From Massalongia carnosa (taxonomy: Eukaryota), in assembly GCA_965645245.1 (NCBI GenBank), contig OZ287074.1, positions 1,922,001-1,986,000 on the forward strand: a DNA stretch of 64,000 nt, written 5' to 3'. Of the stretch, positions 25,427 through 38,267 are shown one piece after another. A program made the position numbers and the translations under genes. Within the stretch, counting starts at the first letter, position 1, and each line of letters opens with the position of its first letter. The notes beneath the pieces were generated by a model. The model saw only the letters and a program-made list of their open reading frames with translations, searched no databases and was not told where the DNA came from.

Positions 25427-26804
25427 GATGAAACAAAGGCTGTCTTGCAACGAACTTCCGATGGAAATGATGGAAGAGATCACGTTTAGAAAGAACGGGT
25501 GATATCTTTATATTATGTTCTAGGCAGATTATCTCCTGCTACCTGCTCAATCATGGGGACAGAAGCCGGGGACAAAGCTCCAGGTTGAGAGACGTATTCG
25601 AACATGTTTCATCGTCCAAGCGATTCGTGATCCAGGCTTACATGGTCATCTCGCATGGTTTCGTGCGTTTTCTGCATTCAACACGGCAAGAGTCCATGAG
25701 ATGAAGACGGTTCGGACCCCTTTCCATTACTCAATTCTCATGGCTAGCACGCGATATGTCGTTAGAGCAAGAATCCGCAAGTGAGCCTTGCCGGACATAG
25801 CCATAGCGAGAACCACTCGCACGCAGATGCTAACCTTCAGGTGAGTTCCAGTAAGGAGGACTGGATACTTCCGGCAAGCAAGCGTTCTAGCCATTCTTTT
25901 CGGAGAAAGGTTCCTGCCGAAACATTCGGACGGTAAGAGTCTCCACGCATTCACAATGGAGAGGTTACATCTTAACATGGCGTCTCCAATCCCTTACGTT
26001 TACTTTCGAAAAGATTCCTTCTTCCTGTGATAGGCTGTCCCTAGTGTTTCAAGTACAGAAAGTCTGGAACAAGTTAGACCGTTAACCTCGCACGCGGGTG
26101 ACCAAAAAACAATAACAACATGTAGAAATCAAATCACGGCTTCACATTTTCCGAATTCGTACGTGAGTAGTGCAGATTTGATGATTTTAAATAATATCAA
26201 TCCATTGATTTCATGATGACTTCTATGAGTGACTTGATAGAGATTGAAACTTGATCTAATGATGAGGAATGCGAACATGTCATCACTTGTCCAGTAGTAC
26301 AAGGTACCTTATATATCATGTGACCTACCCGACAGGCTTGGCTATTCTACTCTGCACAGACTCTTTACTCCTGAACGTAGAGCGTGTTAAATAATTAGTT
26401 GACGGCATATTACAGTCATTTCAGCCTGCAGGGCTGAGCTAACTTAAGCTAGTGAATGGGGCTAAGCGAGTATTCCAACAGAGCGTTCCAATGCATCGAC
26501 ATTAAAGGAGTCTACCTAAATCGTGGACTCATATCAAGACAGCAGTTGGCTATCGGTCACCTTGGTCAAGCATTACTACATTGACGGTTGAAATGCATCG
26601 CTACCTATCGTGAATAACTAGCTGCTGGTTCAGCGTCCGCGGTCACTTCTCGAATATTGGCGTGGGTTCTAGGCAGAGGCTGGCTGATAGGTAAAGGATA
26701 TTTTCATACCATGATATACTCGCGTGCGGGGAAAAGAAGATGAAATGCCATGATCGCTCTCTTAGTTTTTCGGCAAATCTCAATCTTTCATCCACAATCT
26801 TGCA

Positions 26805-29800
26805 ATGACCACCCCGATCGATTCAACGAAGCTTCCCAATTTTCTGTGCAGCTCATGGCGGTTTCAGCAGTTTGATGAGCAAGAGGCGAAAAGGAAGAAG
26901 GAGCTGGATGGTTGGACGGTCTCCTCATTAGCCGAAACCTTTCTCCAGCATCAGCTTGACAGACACAAGCGCTTCAAGGAGACCCAAGAGCTCCAGAGAA
27001 CCAAACTGTTACCATTGTCGTTGATATTGGTTAGAAAAATTCTTGACGAGTTAAGCAAGTCGGAAAATCTTGATGGAGACGTGGAGACCATCGCAAATAG
27101 CTTGAACTCGACAACCTTGCGGCAGCTCATCCGCGATCCGACAACTCCGTATCATGTCTTGCGAGCTTTTTATGCCTTGCCACAAAGCCATATTTCTGGA
27201 AACGCCGCAACGGCAGGGAGAAGAGCCATAGACATTGACGAACAAATCATTCAAAATGAGCGATATATCCGGTCCAGAGGCGGTACCGAGAATGGCGATG
27301 GGAAATATCTGGTAGGATTGAAAACCTTTAGTGCAATCGTGGCGCCTGGAGATAAGGACAAATTCGAGACTTTGACCTTTACAAGGAAAAACCCTCCGAA
27401 AGGAGGGCATGAAATTCTTGATGAGCTCCGGGGAAGGGTCATGCAAACTCAATCTAACGACGCTGCCTTTAGCCTTACCTTTGAGAGACTGACGAAAGGG
27501 ATCCTTCATGGGCTAGACTGGAGTAACGTGTTCGTTGCAGGCGGTATGGCTCTTACGGCTCTAATTCATACGGAACCTTCCAAAGATGATGATTGGCGTG
27601 TTAGTGAATGCGATATTGACGTTTATTTGTACGGGCTCAACCCGGAGCAAGCCAATCGTAAAGTCAAAGAGATCTATAACGTATGGAGCAGAAACCTACC
27701 GGCGACAAATCGCCAAAAGCTGGTAGTTAAGAATGCCAAAACAATCAATCTTCTTGCGGATTATCCAAACCGTAGGATTCAGATTGTGCTGAAACTGTTG
27801 CCGTCTCCTACAGATATATTGTTGAATTTTGACCTTGATGCATGTGCTATTGGCTTTAATGGGTCTCATGTTAGCATGCTACCACGATGTGCTCGAGCCT
27901 TGGAAACAGGCTACTCGGTTTTCACCATGGATCTAATTTGGGGCCACCATCTCGGAGATCGCCGCGCTACGCAGGATATACGTGTCTTCAAGTATGCTGA
28001 TCGTGGGTTTGGCCTGAGAATACTTCCCTCGTATGCGAAGTCTCTCGAACTGGATCATCTTGAGGCGCTGATAATGCATAATGAAGATAGCGGCACCGAG
28101 GCTGTCGGCGTTGCAAAAGAGCCAGAAGAAGTAGGACCGGAGGGGCTGCCTCGGCCATCTCGGACACCTAAATGGGATAGGAAACCATTTGGTGCAGTAG
28201 AACCTGGGTTGAAGACGTTAAAAAGAGTTGCCTTCCTTGGTCGGGACTTTGTCGATCGGTTCTATTTTGGAGCCACCCCCCTTGCGGTATTTCCTAACCA
28301 TCCCAGCCGGGGTAATGAGGATGAGATGGACGATGGCCAAGAATGGGACGACGAAACTGATTGGGAAAGTCGAGTTCATTGGGATAATGAAGAGGAGTGG
28401 AAAGCTGAGTATGATCGGGCATTGCGAGATAAAACCTCGACAAGAGTCGCTAATGAGCGACGACGGCAAGCTGGACAACCTTTGGATGGGCCTTTGATGG
28501 CCCTTCAAGATATTGACACAAGGGATATGCATCGTGGGTTACCCGATGGACGTCGAGGACTGGGAAATTTTGAGTTGTTTATGAGGCACTGCGAGGCGTG
28601 GAGGCTGCATGCCCGTGCTGATGCTACGTAAGTGTGATTTCTATGGTAGCCTTATTTTTTATTAGTTTCTTTTAGGAGTCGTCGCTATGTTACTCCGTAG
28701 ACCTTGCCTTTTGTCACTGATAAACCAATGGTTTCTTTTTGCAAAGCTTCCTAATTTTTGTAGAGCGTTCTCCGTACACTCGCCGGCAAGGTCAATGGAG
28801 GATATACTGCGGACTCCCAATGTTGTACATCTACTGACGGAAAATGATTCATAGACTTGACATGAGCGATACTACAAGTACCGTTTATGATCCTATTACT
28901 TATGATGATATTCCTACGTATGAATGGGAGAGAGGGTTCGACTTGGCCCATTACGGCCGGACAATCGATGCGGGAAATGACAATCTTTTCGACTCTCTCA
29001 AGATCGCCATCTGCACAAAATTAGGTATCGCTCTCCGGCCGGTTGGTTGTAAGCATCATGATATTCCGCCATCTTATTGAACCTGATAACTAAATAGCTA
29101 ATAACTCCGTCGCCAGATCGCAACTATCTCACACGTCGTATCCGTCGCCAGGTCTGCGGTCCTGACATCGATTCCGTACTTGCCAAACAGATCACAATTC
29201 CACTCATATTGCCCTGGAATCTTGAGAATTACATACTTTCCGATATCCCTCAACAGTTTGGTGATTTTCCCACTCATGTCATGAGGTTCAAGCCCATCAT
29301 TCCTGTCCATGATTCATCAAGGCATAACCCTCAAATCAGTCCACTCCCACCAGTCCAAGACACCGTGGCCGAAAGCGGAAACCTACGATACTGGGTAATC
29401 ACCAACGAGAGTATGTGGGCTGGCCAGCATCAAGCATTAGACGAGATCGCGGAGCTGCTCTGGTCGTTTTTCCATTGGTTCAACCAATCCGTTCAGCCCC
29501 GACCAGGGCTACATCATTTGGTTGGAACCGACGTGGAGCCATGCATTTGGCAGATCGCACGTTCTTGCAGGCGCCGTATCGTACTGCCCGAGGTTCCTAG
29601 CGATGAAGGCGCGAATCCTCGTAAACCCTCTGCTTCCAACCCGTTGCCACCCGGTCTTCCGTCATTGAGGGAAAGTTTACTCTTCCGCCCCTGGGTCTTC
29701 CAACCGCCCATGTCCGCAAAACGAGCTTACGCCGCGGACGGAGAGAGATTGTATCACGACCTCTTCGACGAGGAAGCGGTCTTATACCCTTTCCCGGACG

Positions 29801-29967
29801 ACTTGTTCTGGAAGGAAGGCGACGAAGGCCTGTGGGATGAAGCCGGAGCACCGTCATGGACCGAAGCGGAAGAGGGGAAGAGGAGCAAGGTGAACCGAAA
29901 AGTTGACGAATCCATAACGATAGGGAAGACTCCGCAGAGGCATGTCCATGAGGAACACCTCTCCTGA
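26805..29967 (+). CDS. Large protein with Pol-beta/CCA-type nucleotidyltransferase-like domain (3 exons)
   Basis: VFVAGG...CDIDVYLYGL, IQIV, NFDLD, FKYADRGF; introns 28628-28854 and 29049-29116 join three ORFs in frame. Confidence 0.78.
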
Positions 29968-30974
29968 CGCTTGATAGTTGCGGAAACAGAAACGTAGTCA
30001 TTCGCTTCCAGATACCACTTATGGTCAAACAAAAACAGGAGTCAAGACCGCACAATAGTTTCTCCCCCATAATCATTTCATCACCGTCCGTTAAGGTACG
30101 CGCTTGATCGTGAATCATCTAATTCATCGGGAAAAAAAATAGCATGTTCCCCACAACACCCAAGCCCGTCAAATTCTCCAGCAGCAACCTAGTCTCCCGA
30201 CATCCCCTTTCCAATACACAATATGCATGACCCCTCTACATATGTACCCCATCACCTACCTACCCCCTTTCGGTGCTTTTGTTGTCAACACCTCTCCCGG
30301 TCCAACGTATACATATCGTGCAGATACCCTCCCTGAAAATCTTTCCCTTCCTCACCCCTAGGCCTAGATCAGAACTCTCTACTCTGTAGCCTAGTTTCTC
30401 TTTGCCTATCACCGCTCGATTCTATTGGTCCTTCATCTCTGTTCATGTCTCTTTTCTCTCTCTCTCACTTCTTTCCTTGATACCTATCGTCCGCTCTCTT
30501 CACACACTTTTTTTTTGGAAAAAAAGAATATCTCGGAGGAAAAGAGATTACTTGATTGATTGATTTGTAGGAAAATCGAAAGAAGAAGTACAACAAGATT
30601 ACAAGAAGATTGAAAGAAGAGGTTCTGAGACCTTTGCTTTTCTTCTTTTTTTTTTTACATATCTTTTCAGCTTTTTGATAACGATAATAATACCTTAACG
30701 GGCGAAAGTAAAACAAAGCATGCTTTATGTAATGACTAAATACTTAACTACTTACTCTGTACTATACTTTGTAGATATGTCGATAAATAACTAGGTAGAT
30801 TACTTCACATACAAAAGATAACAATCATCCATCCAAGAACAAGAGAACGAGAATCCCTCTCTCATGTCTCATCCGATCCGAGTTTGCCGGACAGGAAACG
30901 GAATTGGAAAAAACCAATCAAATAGATTATGAAATATTATGATGAGAAGAAATGAAATAAATCTACTGATCGAT

Positions 30975-31270
30975 AAAATCTATTTTCATAAATCAGGTGA
31001 TTAACAACCTCGACTTCTTTATAGGCTTGTTGATGATTGTTCGTGTCGACGACGCGAAACATTTGTTCTTTACTATCGATAAGTCTACAGAACTTGATTA
31101 CATGTTTTGAGATTTACTTGTGGCAGTAGAGAAAATCAGTTCAATCAATTTTATCGATGCGAGTTGGTGTTGTTAAGACGCTTCATTTTTAGTCGTTTCT
31201 TGTTCAGTGGAACCGATTGTGCTGTGCTATTGTCGGGTCTATGACGCGATTTCGATACGCGCGCCATAAA
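30975..31270 (-). mobile_element. Degenerate relic of the same or a related Tad1-like LINE family
   Basis: Reverse complement aligns by eye to 950-1320 (AQSVPLNKKRLK; GAACAAATGTTTCGCGTCGTCGACACG vs GAACAGATGTTTCGCGCCGCCGGCACG). Confidence 0.75.
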
Positions 31271-31478
31271 CCGAACATGATACATAAAGTACAAAAATAA
31301 CGACAAGTAACCTTCCTTTATCATGCAGAAAGTAGACTTTCTCCCTACTTCCACACTTCTTTCCTTCTCTTCTTCCTTCCTGCCTTCCCTACTTCTCCTT
31401 CATCCACCCCGCCCCCACTCCCAACCCCCACCCCCACCCCCACCCCCACCCCCACCCCCACCCCCGCAGCTTCTCCAA

Positions 31479-32546
31479 ATGCGCCCACCTCCCATTCTCA
31501 CCCCCCTCCTCCTCGTCTACACCCTCCCAATTCCCCCCAGCGAAGCCTTTCTGTGCCAGGCGCCATTCCCGGAGACGGTGTGCTGGGGGGGCACGGTGCC
31601 GTTTCCCGGGCTGTGGGAGGGGGGGTGGATGTTTGGGGATTCGGTTTCTTGTATGTATATACTTATTTCATATTTCATATTTTACGTTTGTTGTTATGTG
31701 TTGGTTTGGTTTGGGGTTTGGGGGAGGTGGGTTGATGTTGGTGTTGATGACTATACTTACTACCGCTTGCTGCCGGGACTTGGTTTGAAAAGGTTCCATT
31801 CCCTTCGTTACATCCATCCACTCATTTTCACATCTTTTCCTATTTTCTTTCCTCCCCTTCCCCTCCCTTCTCCCATATTATTTTTCCGTTCTTTACCCCC
31901 CAAAAGCGTGCGGTGCGCTTGCATATACATACCCCGCTATCTGTTGATACTCTATACGTATCCCATCTTACCAAATTCCCCGCCCCCGGCCCCCTCCCTT
32001 GCGGGTACGGGTGCGGACCATCCAGATTTTGAAAACCCCAACGCACCCGAATGCCACCCCGAAACGCACAAATGCTGCCAGAAACTCTTCGTGCGTCCCC
32101 CCCCCCTCCTTTTTCCTATCCTATCCTTCCATCCGGTCCGGAAGCACGCACACGCGCACGCACACCTGTGTGGCTCCCCCTCTCATCCCAACCCCGCCTT
32201 GACGCGCGAACCCGGGGGGGGGAACAACAATGACAAATAACATGATATGCAGAAACATGCCCGCATCGCGCTCAACTGCCGAGATCCCGATCCGAATGAT
32301 TTCTGCCCGGGCATTGGGAGGGTGATGGACTGGAGGAGAGGGAGGAAGATAGAGAGGAGGGAGTGTGCGGGGATGAGCGGTGGTGATAGCGCTCGTTACG
32401 ATGGCGCTGAGGGGAGGGGGGAAGGGGTTGGTGCCGGGAATGGAGGCTCGGGAGACGGGAGTGGTGCGGCAGGAGCGATGGGGGATGGGGTTGCTGGGGG
32501 TTGGGAACGGAGAGGAGAGGAGGGGATTCGGGGCCTTGTGGAGTGA
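31479..32546 (+). pseudogene. Possible second secreted Cys-rich hydrophobin-like gene, degenerate
   Basis: Signal-like MRPPPILTPLLLVYTLPIPPSEA; Cys pattern C..CW..C..C-X6-CC..C. Donors GTATGT (31651) and GTGCGT (32091); acceptor TGCAG (32251). The first acceptor reads GG (32003-32004). Confidence 0.5.
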
Positions 32547-32778
32547 TGCGAGGAACTACGACGGCGAGCTTGGTGGGGATTTTGGCATTTGCGGATCTTG
32601 GGTGAACCAACACCGGTGGGTGGAGGGTTGCGAGGCCGAACGCCCAGAGAGTGATGCCGGATTGGTGTGGAGGGGGAATGGGAATTATATGTCCCGCCAC
32701 ACAGACATCTTCCAGACAGTCGTCTCGTTCGTTCGTTCGTTCATTCGAGGGTATCATCCAACATTGACGTGAGAGAAT

Positions 32779-34186
32779 TTACTGCAGTCCAACTGTTAGC
32801 GAACCGATCCGAGCACCGCACACCAATCCCAGGACCCAGCCCACTCACCAAGAAATAATCCGCCACTGGCTTCTTCGCCGGCACTCCCTTCGCGTCTTGC
32901 GCCGCCGCCTCGAAAACTCGATACCTCCTCCCCGGCCCCGCTCTTGGAGGGAGGCCATCCATCACGGCTGGTAAGCCCCCCAAACTCCTCCCTACGTCCC
33001 CGTTTCCCCGCGCGATTACCCCGCCATTGCTTGCGTCCTCGCCCAGCTCTAGAATGGCCGCCACGTTGCCGCAGCGATAGCAGTAGTTGGGCGCCGACCA
33101 CACCGTCACCACGCGCGAATCGAACATCTCCTTGAAGCCCTCCATAACCAGTTGGTGCGCGCGCGCAATCAATGATAGGTCGTTCAGGTGGTTGAACTGC
33201 TTCACAATGTCCGCGCCGAACAGGAAACCCGCGCCCCGGGGGGAGAGGCCCCACCCGTCAATGTCATCCGGGTCACTCCACAGGAGGTCGCACATGGCGC
33301 CTTCGTGCGGCACCTCTTGCTTGCGATCCAGCAGGCGGATCTTGTCCACTGTGTCGATGAGCGGGCTCAGGCCCCCATGCACGCAGAGCACGGCGCCATC
33401 GCCGCTGAGTGTGGAGCCATCGCTATCACCCGATGCGCCGGTGCCTGCGGAGCCGGTTTTTGAGGGAGTATTGAGGTTCGGAGAGGTGGGGGGGGATGAG
33501 GCCATGTTTTCGTTTGCGTAGTGTCGCCGTCGATGGCGGGGGAAACGCGCTGTGACTTCGTTCCTCGAGTTCATGATTTCAACCTCGATCTCATCGTCCA
33601 CGATCGGCATCGTTGTCTGCGAAGGGTGATCCGGAGGCGTCGATGCGGGTTCCAGCGTCGAGCTCGTCCCAAGAACCAGCGCGCCCAGCGCCAGGTAATC
33701 AAAAACCTCGCAACAATACCGCCACACGTTTGGGCTGCCGTATTTCCGCATACACTCATCGTAGAACCCATACACCATCGTGATCTGTCTTGACTCATGA
33801 TTCCCCCTGATCAGCGTAATGCGATCTGGATAGCGCACTTTCAAGCACAGCAGTAGCAGAAAGCTCTCCAACGAGTAGAAGCCGCGATCTACGAAATCGC
33901 CCATGAAAAGGTAGTTCGTGTCCGGGACGTCGCCGCCGACGCGGAAGAGCTCCATTAAGTCATGAAACTGCCCATGAATATCGCCGCATATTGTCACAGG
34001 CGCGTCTACTTGTACAACGTTGCCTTCTTCGATAAGGAGCTCGCGGGCCTTGTGGCAGAGCTGGCGGACTTGGGATTCAGGGATTGCTCTACAGGCGCGA
34101 AGTTCAGATATTGCGCTGGCAAGCTTTGTTAGCAAAAGGTTCTCAAAGCTTCGGACCTGAAGGTCATACTAGTCTAGATCGCTCAT
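32779..34186 (-). CDS. PPH3: Serine/threonine protein phosphatase 4 catalytic subunit
   Basis: MSDLD start; GDIHGQ, GDFVDRG, RGNHE, SAPNYC; C-terminus KKPVADYFL as in PP4C; introns 34116-34169 and 32782-32848. Confidence 0.93.
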
Positions 34187-34802
34187 CCTGAGCCTCTGGA
34201 CTCTGCCGTTTAATTAGAAGGAAGTCTACAACGGCTCCCAAACAACGCTATGTAGCCTGAGAAGTGTACAATACACCCGTAATGGGCAGTGGTATATGTA
34301 GCCACCCTGCCCCCAACAGCCGTAAATCAGTCAGAAAGGTAGTTCAGGATTCATAAGAATGTTGATGACTTGAAGCTTATGAACAATAGTTTTTGGACTG
34401 ACAACGTCTGAGGCGAATTGCCCAACAACGTACGTGTCGAAGAAGGATTCAATTGCACTAAAAAGAAAGTATATTTCTACACGATCGGGAGGAAAACATG
34501 GAGAGGCTCATTGCCTTGAAGAGGGAGCATTTCTTATTGTATACATGGGCGTCATGAAATATATCTGTATTATTCGCTAGCGTGTGACAGCAGTTTCCTG
34601 CATTTCCACTTTCCGAATCCCTTTGTATTCATATCAATTTCTTTTCCCTCTTTATAACTTTATCAAATCCTCTTATGTGGAGGAGCAGAGGCCAGAGGTA
34701 TTGCAAAGCATGATTAAGTTACCGATGAAGCTGACTCTAACAGCTTCAACCAACCCGGTATGATTTTCTCGTGACGTTAGTTAGAAAACGTCCTTCTTTC
34801 CT

Positions 34803-35189
34803 ATGCCTTCTCACCTTCATCCCCGGTCCCGCCTCACCACGTCGCTCTTCGGCACTACCCTTCTTATCTCCTTCCTCGTCGTTGGTATGCCTCACATTAT
34901 TCCCTGTCCTGCGCCACGAATGGCTTTCGCGGATGGCGAGCTTCCAGAAGATGGCGGACAAAGGCGAAGGCAGCGACGGAAAGGGGAGGCAGGTCGGCGG
35001 GATGAGACGGAGGTGAATCCAATGGAGCTACTGAAAGAGAGGGAATTGGTGGCGAAAAAGGTCCATGAGTGTCCGGTGCCGAAACCTGGTGGTGTTATTG
35101 GGGAGGTTCTTGGGTTTGGGCGAAGGGAAAAAGAAGCGCCTCCGCCCAAAGTACAGGTTGAAAGGAGAAAGGTGGAGAGGCCAGAGTGA
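34803..35189 (+). CDS. COA2: Cytochrome c oxidase assembly factor 2-like small protein
   Basis: HLHPRSR..SLF.TT..SFLVVGMPH..PCPA and CPVPKPGG motifs of the conserved fungal family; divergent from PPH3. Confidence 0.7.
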   Translation: MPSHLHPRSRLTTSLFGTTLLISFLVVGMPHIIPCPAPRMAFADGELPEDGGQRRRQRRKGEAGRRDETEVNPMELLKERELVAKKVHECPVPKPGGVIGEVLGFGRREKEAPPPKVQVERRKVERPE

Positions 35190-35684
35190 TGGGGCTTGAC
35201 ATGGTTCAGCAACAGTATGCTCGTGTTCTGCGCCGGCCAAAGCTGGAACGTACGCGTGTGGTTTTCTTCGCTGTCGCCATCGCTTCCTAGGTATTGTACC
35301 TAAATTTTCAAGGAGTGATGGGTCATCAATGTCTGTCTACATCACCTAGAGTACTTCTCTTGGCGGAGACACATGTTAAGGAAGCATCGACAACAACTCT
35401 TCCTAAAAAAGTCATTGGAGTCACCGATAGCTTTATAGGAATGGGTAAAGCGCCCGCTTGATATGGTTTTACTCATTTCTCTGAAGGGATTGGCGGTTGC
35501 TGCATCCTAACTTTAGCCTTTAAAAGTATACGCGTTTGTTACTCTGTACTCGAATTCTCTCATTCTAACATACTCCATGATTTTCTTCCACTTTGTCTTT
35601 TTTTCACCAATTTATTTACATTGTTCTGATAACGTCAGCTTGAACTTACACTGGTTTTTTCCAATTGCATTAACAATGATGGAG

Positions 35685-38256
35685 ATATGAAATCCAATGA
35701 TAAAAAACAGAAAATCATTCAAAAGGCAAAGAGAACAAACTTTCGTCAAGAAATCGGTAAGGCCACCGAAACGCCTCAGGGACTATGGCGGCTAGCGAAA
35801 TGGGCCAAAGACAAAAGTCCTCTATCTAGAGAAGTATCCAAAATGCCGATGCTAAAATTCAATGACCAAGTAGCAGACACGTTTGACCAAAAAGCCGAAA
35901 TGCTGAAAGGTGTCTTCTTTCCCGCACCACCACCGGCCGACCTAAGCGACATAGAAGGATCCTTCTATCCTACATCGCCGCACTGCCCAATAATCATCAC
36001 TAAGTCAAAAGTATCGACGGCCCTGAGTCGGCTCAAGTCCGATAATGCACCGGGCCCAGACGGCATATCTAACAGAATACTCAAAGCATGCAGCGAAAAA
36101 CTTGTCGAACTACTAACACCTCTGTTTCAGGCGTGCGTCACACACTCGTACCACCCGCGGGCCTTCAAAATGGCAAACACAATAGCGCTGAATAAAACAG
36201 GCAAAGGAGACTATACCACGCCGAAAGCCTACCGACCAATTGCACTGCTCAACACGCTCAGTAAAGTTATGGAATCCATCATTAGATCGAAAATAACCTA
36301 TCTAGCGGAAACACACCGGCTCCTACCCGACACACAGATGGGAGCAAGGAAGGGCAGATCCACAGAGTCAGCACTGGAACTGCTAACTGAACAGGTTCAC
36401 ACGATTTGGGGACAGGGAAAAGACAAAGTAGCCACACTGCTAAGCATGGACGTCGCCGGCGCGTTCGATACGGTATCACATCAACGACTAACGCACAACC
36501 TACGGAAAAGAAAAATTCCAAAATGGATCACCGACTGGTTAAACAGCTTTCTGAGCGATCGAAGCACCACTTTAGCAATAAATCGAAAAGTCACCGGGCG
36601 GTTTGCGGTAAGAACGGGTATCCCGCAGGGCTCTCCCCTGTCATCCATTCTTTACCTATTTTACAACGCAGATCTATTGGAAATATGTGATCGACCAGGC
36701 AAAAACACAAGTGCCATAGGATTCGTAGACGACGCAAACATTTTGGCATATGGAAAAAGCACCGAGGAAAACTGCAAAACTCTAGAGGCAATACACGGAC
36801 AATGTGAGACGTGGGCTTCCCGGCACGGGTCCGTATTCGCTCCGACGAAGTACGAACTCATACACTTGTCCAGAAATCCCAAAAGATTCAACATGACTGC
36901 ATCCATCAATATTGCTAGCACCGAATTGAACCAAAAACGGACATCAGAGTATTGGGCTTACAAATCGACACCAAATTGAAATGGGGACCGCACGTTCGCA
37001 AAACGCAAGAGAAATGGTCAAACAATCCATGGCATTGACAAAAATTTCCACATCAACCTGGGGTGCCATCTTCGCCAAGGCAAGGCAAGTTTATAGTGCC
37101 GTGGTGCGTCCGGCCATGACATATGGGTCAACCGTATGGCACATGCCCAAAGAAGTCAAAAAGTCAAAAACGTCAACGAGCAAGCTCTCCGTCATGCAAA
37201 ACAATTGCCTTCGCACCATAGCTGGTGCCTTTAAAGCCACTCCCATCTCAGTACTAGAAGCAGAGACAGTCATAGCGCCTATAGACACGCATCTCGACAT
37301 GCTACAAGCACAGGCAAGGCACCGGCTCCGAGCCGGAGGCCAATTGAAGATCATCTCCTCCGCATGCAACAAAATAGCTGACAAACTTCGAGGCAAGGCA
37401 GGTCGCAAACGACTTCAAAAGCCCACCCCGGGAGAGCTGAAACACATCTGGGCCAAAAGCCTACTGATCGACTCAAAAATAGTTCAACCACCAAAGGCAC
37501 ACCCACCATGGTTCGAAGTCTACCCGGCGTGGCACCGCGAAGCTACCGTTGCGGCAACGGCCCGACACAAGCAGATGCAAACAATCAAAGCACGACATAT
37601 GAAGGTCTGGAACGACTCGTGGTGCGCATATCAAAATCGCGTCATCGAACCCTCCATAGCACAATCAGTCCCACTGAGCAAAAAACGGCTGAAAATACAC
37701 ACGCAGCTAAAAAAGGCAGAAAGCACTCTAACAACACAAATCCGCACTGGCAAGATCGGGTTAGCTGACTTCCTCTACAAGCGACGGGTGCCCTCCGTCA
37801 CCTCACCGGCCTGCTCATGTGGCTGGCACAGACAAACTCCAGAACATGTACTCATGTTCTGCAGACTTATTGACAATAGAGAACAGATGTTTCGCGCCGC
37901 CGGCACGAACGACTATCAGCAGCTGACCGAATCATCAAAAACTCTGAAGATACTAACTACTTGGCTAATGAAAACAGGCTTATTGAATCAATTCTCACTA
38001 GCATCAACATTATTGTACAATTAATAATAGTTGAACCTTTCTTTCTTTCTTCTCTTTTCACAAGGCATTACAGTTCCCACACGTCTTTTGCACTGCGTCT
38101 CCCGCCCGATGTCGACCCGTAGTCACATCGGACGGGTATCAAGGGATATGATTTTTACACCTGTGAAAGGTTTTCCATGTAACATAACTTAGATAGCTTT
38201 GCCCGCATGGGCCGGCCTACGGCCGGTGTCATATCGGAGTATGAATACATCATCCT
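35685..38256 (+). mobile_element. 5'-truncated Tad1-like LINE (RT domain, zinc knuckle, 3' UTR)
   Basis: APGPDG, YRPIALLNT, GIPQGSPLS, GFVDD. Two single-base frameshifts (~36930, ~37013); short CATCATCCTCAT tail; 15/17 TSD at 35668-35684 and 38257-38273. Confidence 0.95.
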
Positions 38257-38267
38257 CATCAACAATT

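Noticed and set aside
26091..26726. Possible complete element from CACGCGGGTG (26091) to CTCGCGTG (26726)
   Set aside because: The right-end match is only ~8 bp with no TSD; kept only as a solo terminus.
36925..37015. Programmed frameshifting in LINE ORF2
   Set aside because: Both shifts are single missing A's in A-runs: simple decay or sequencing error.
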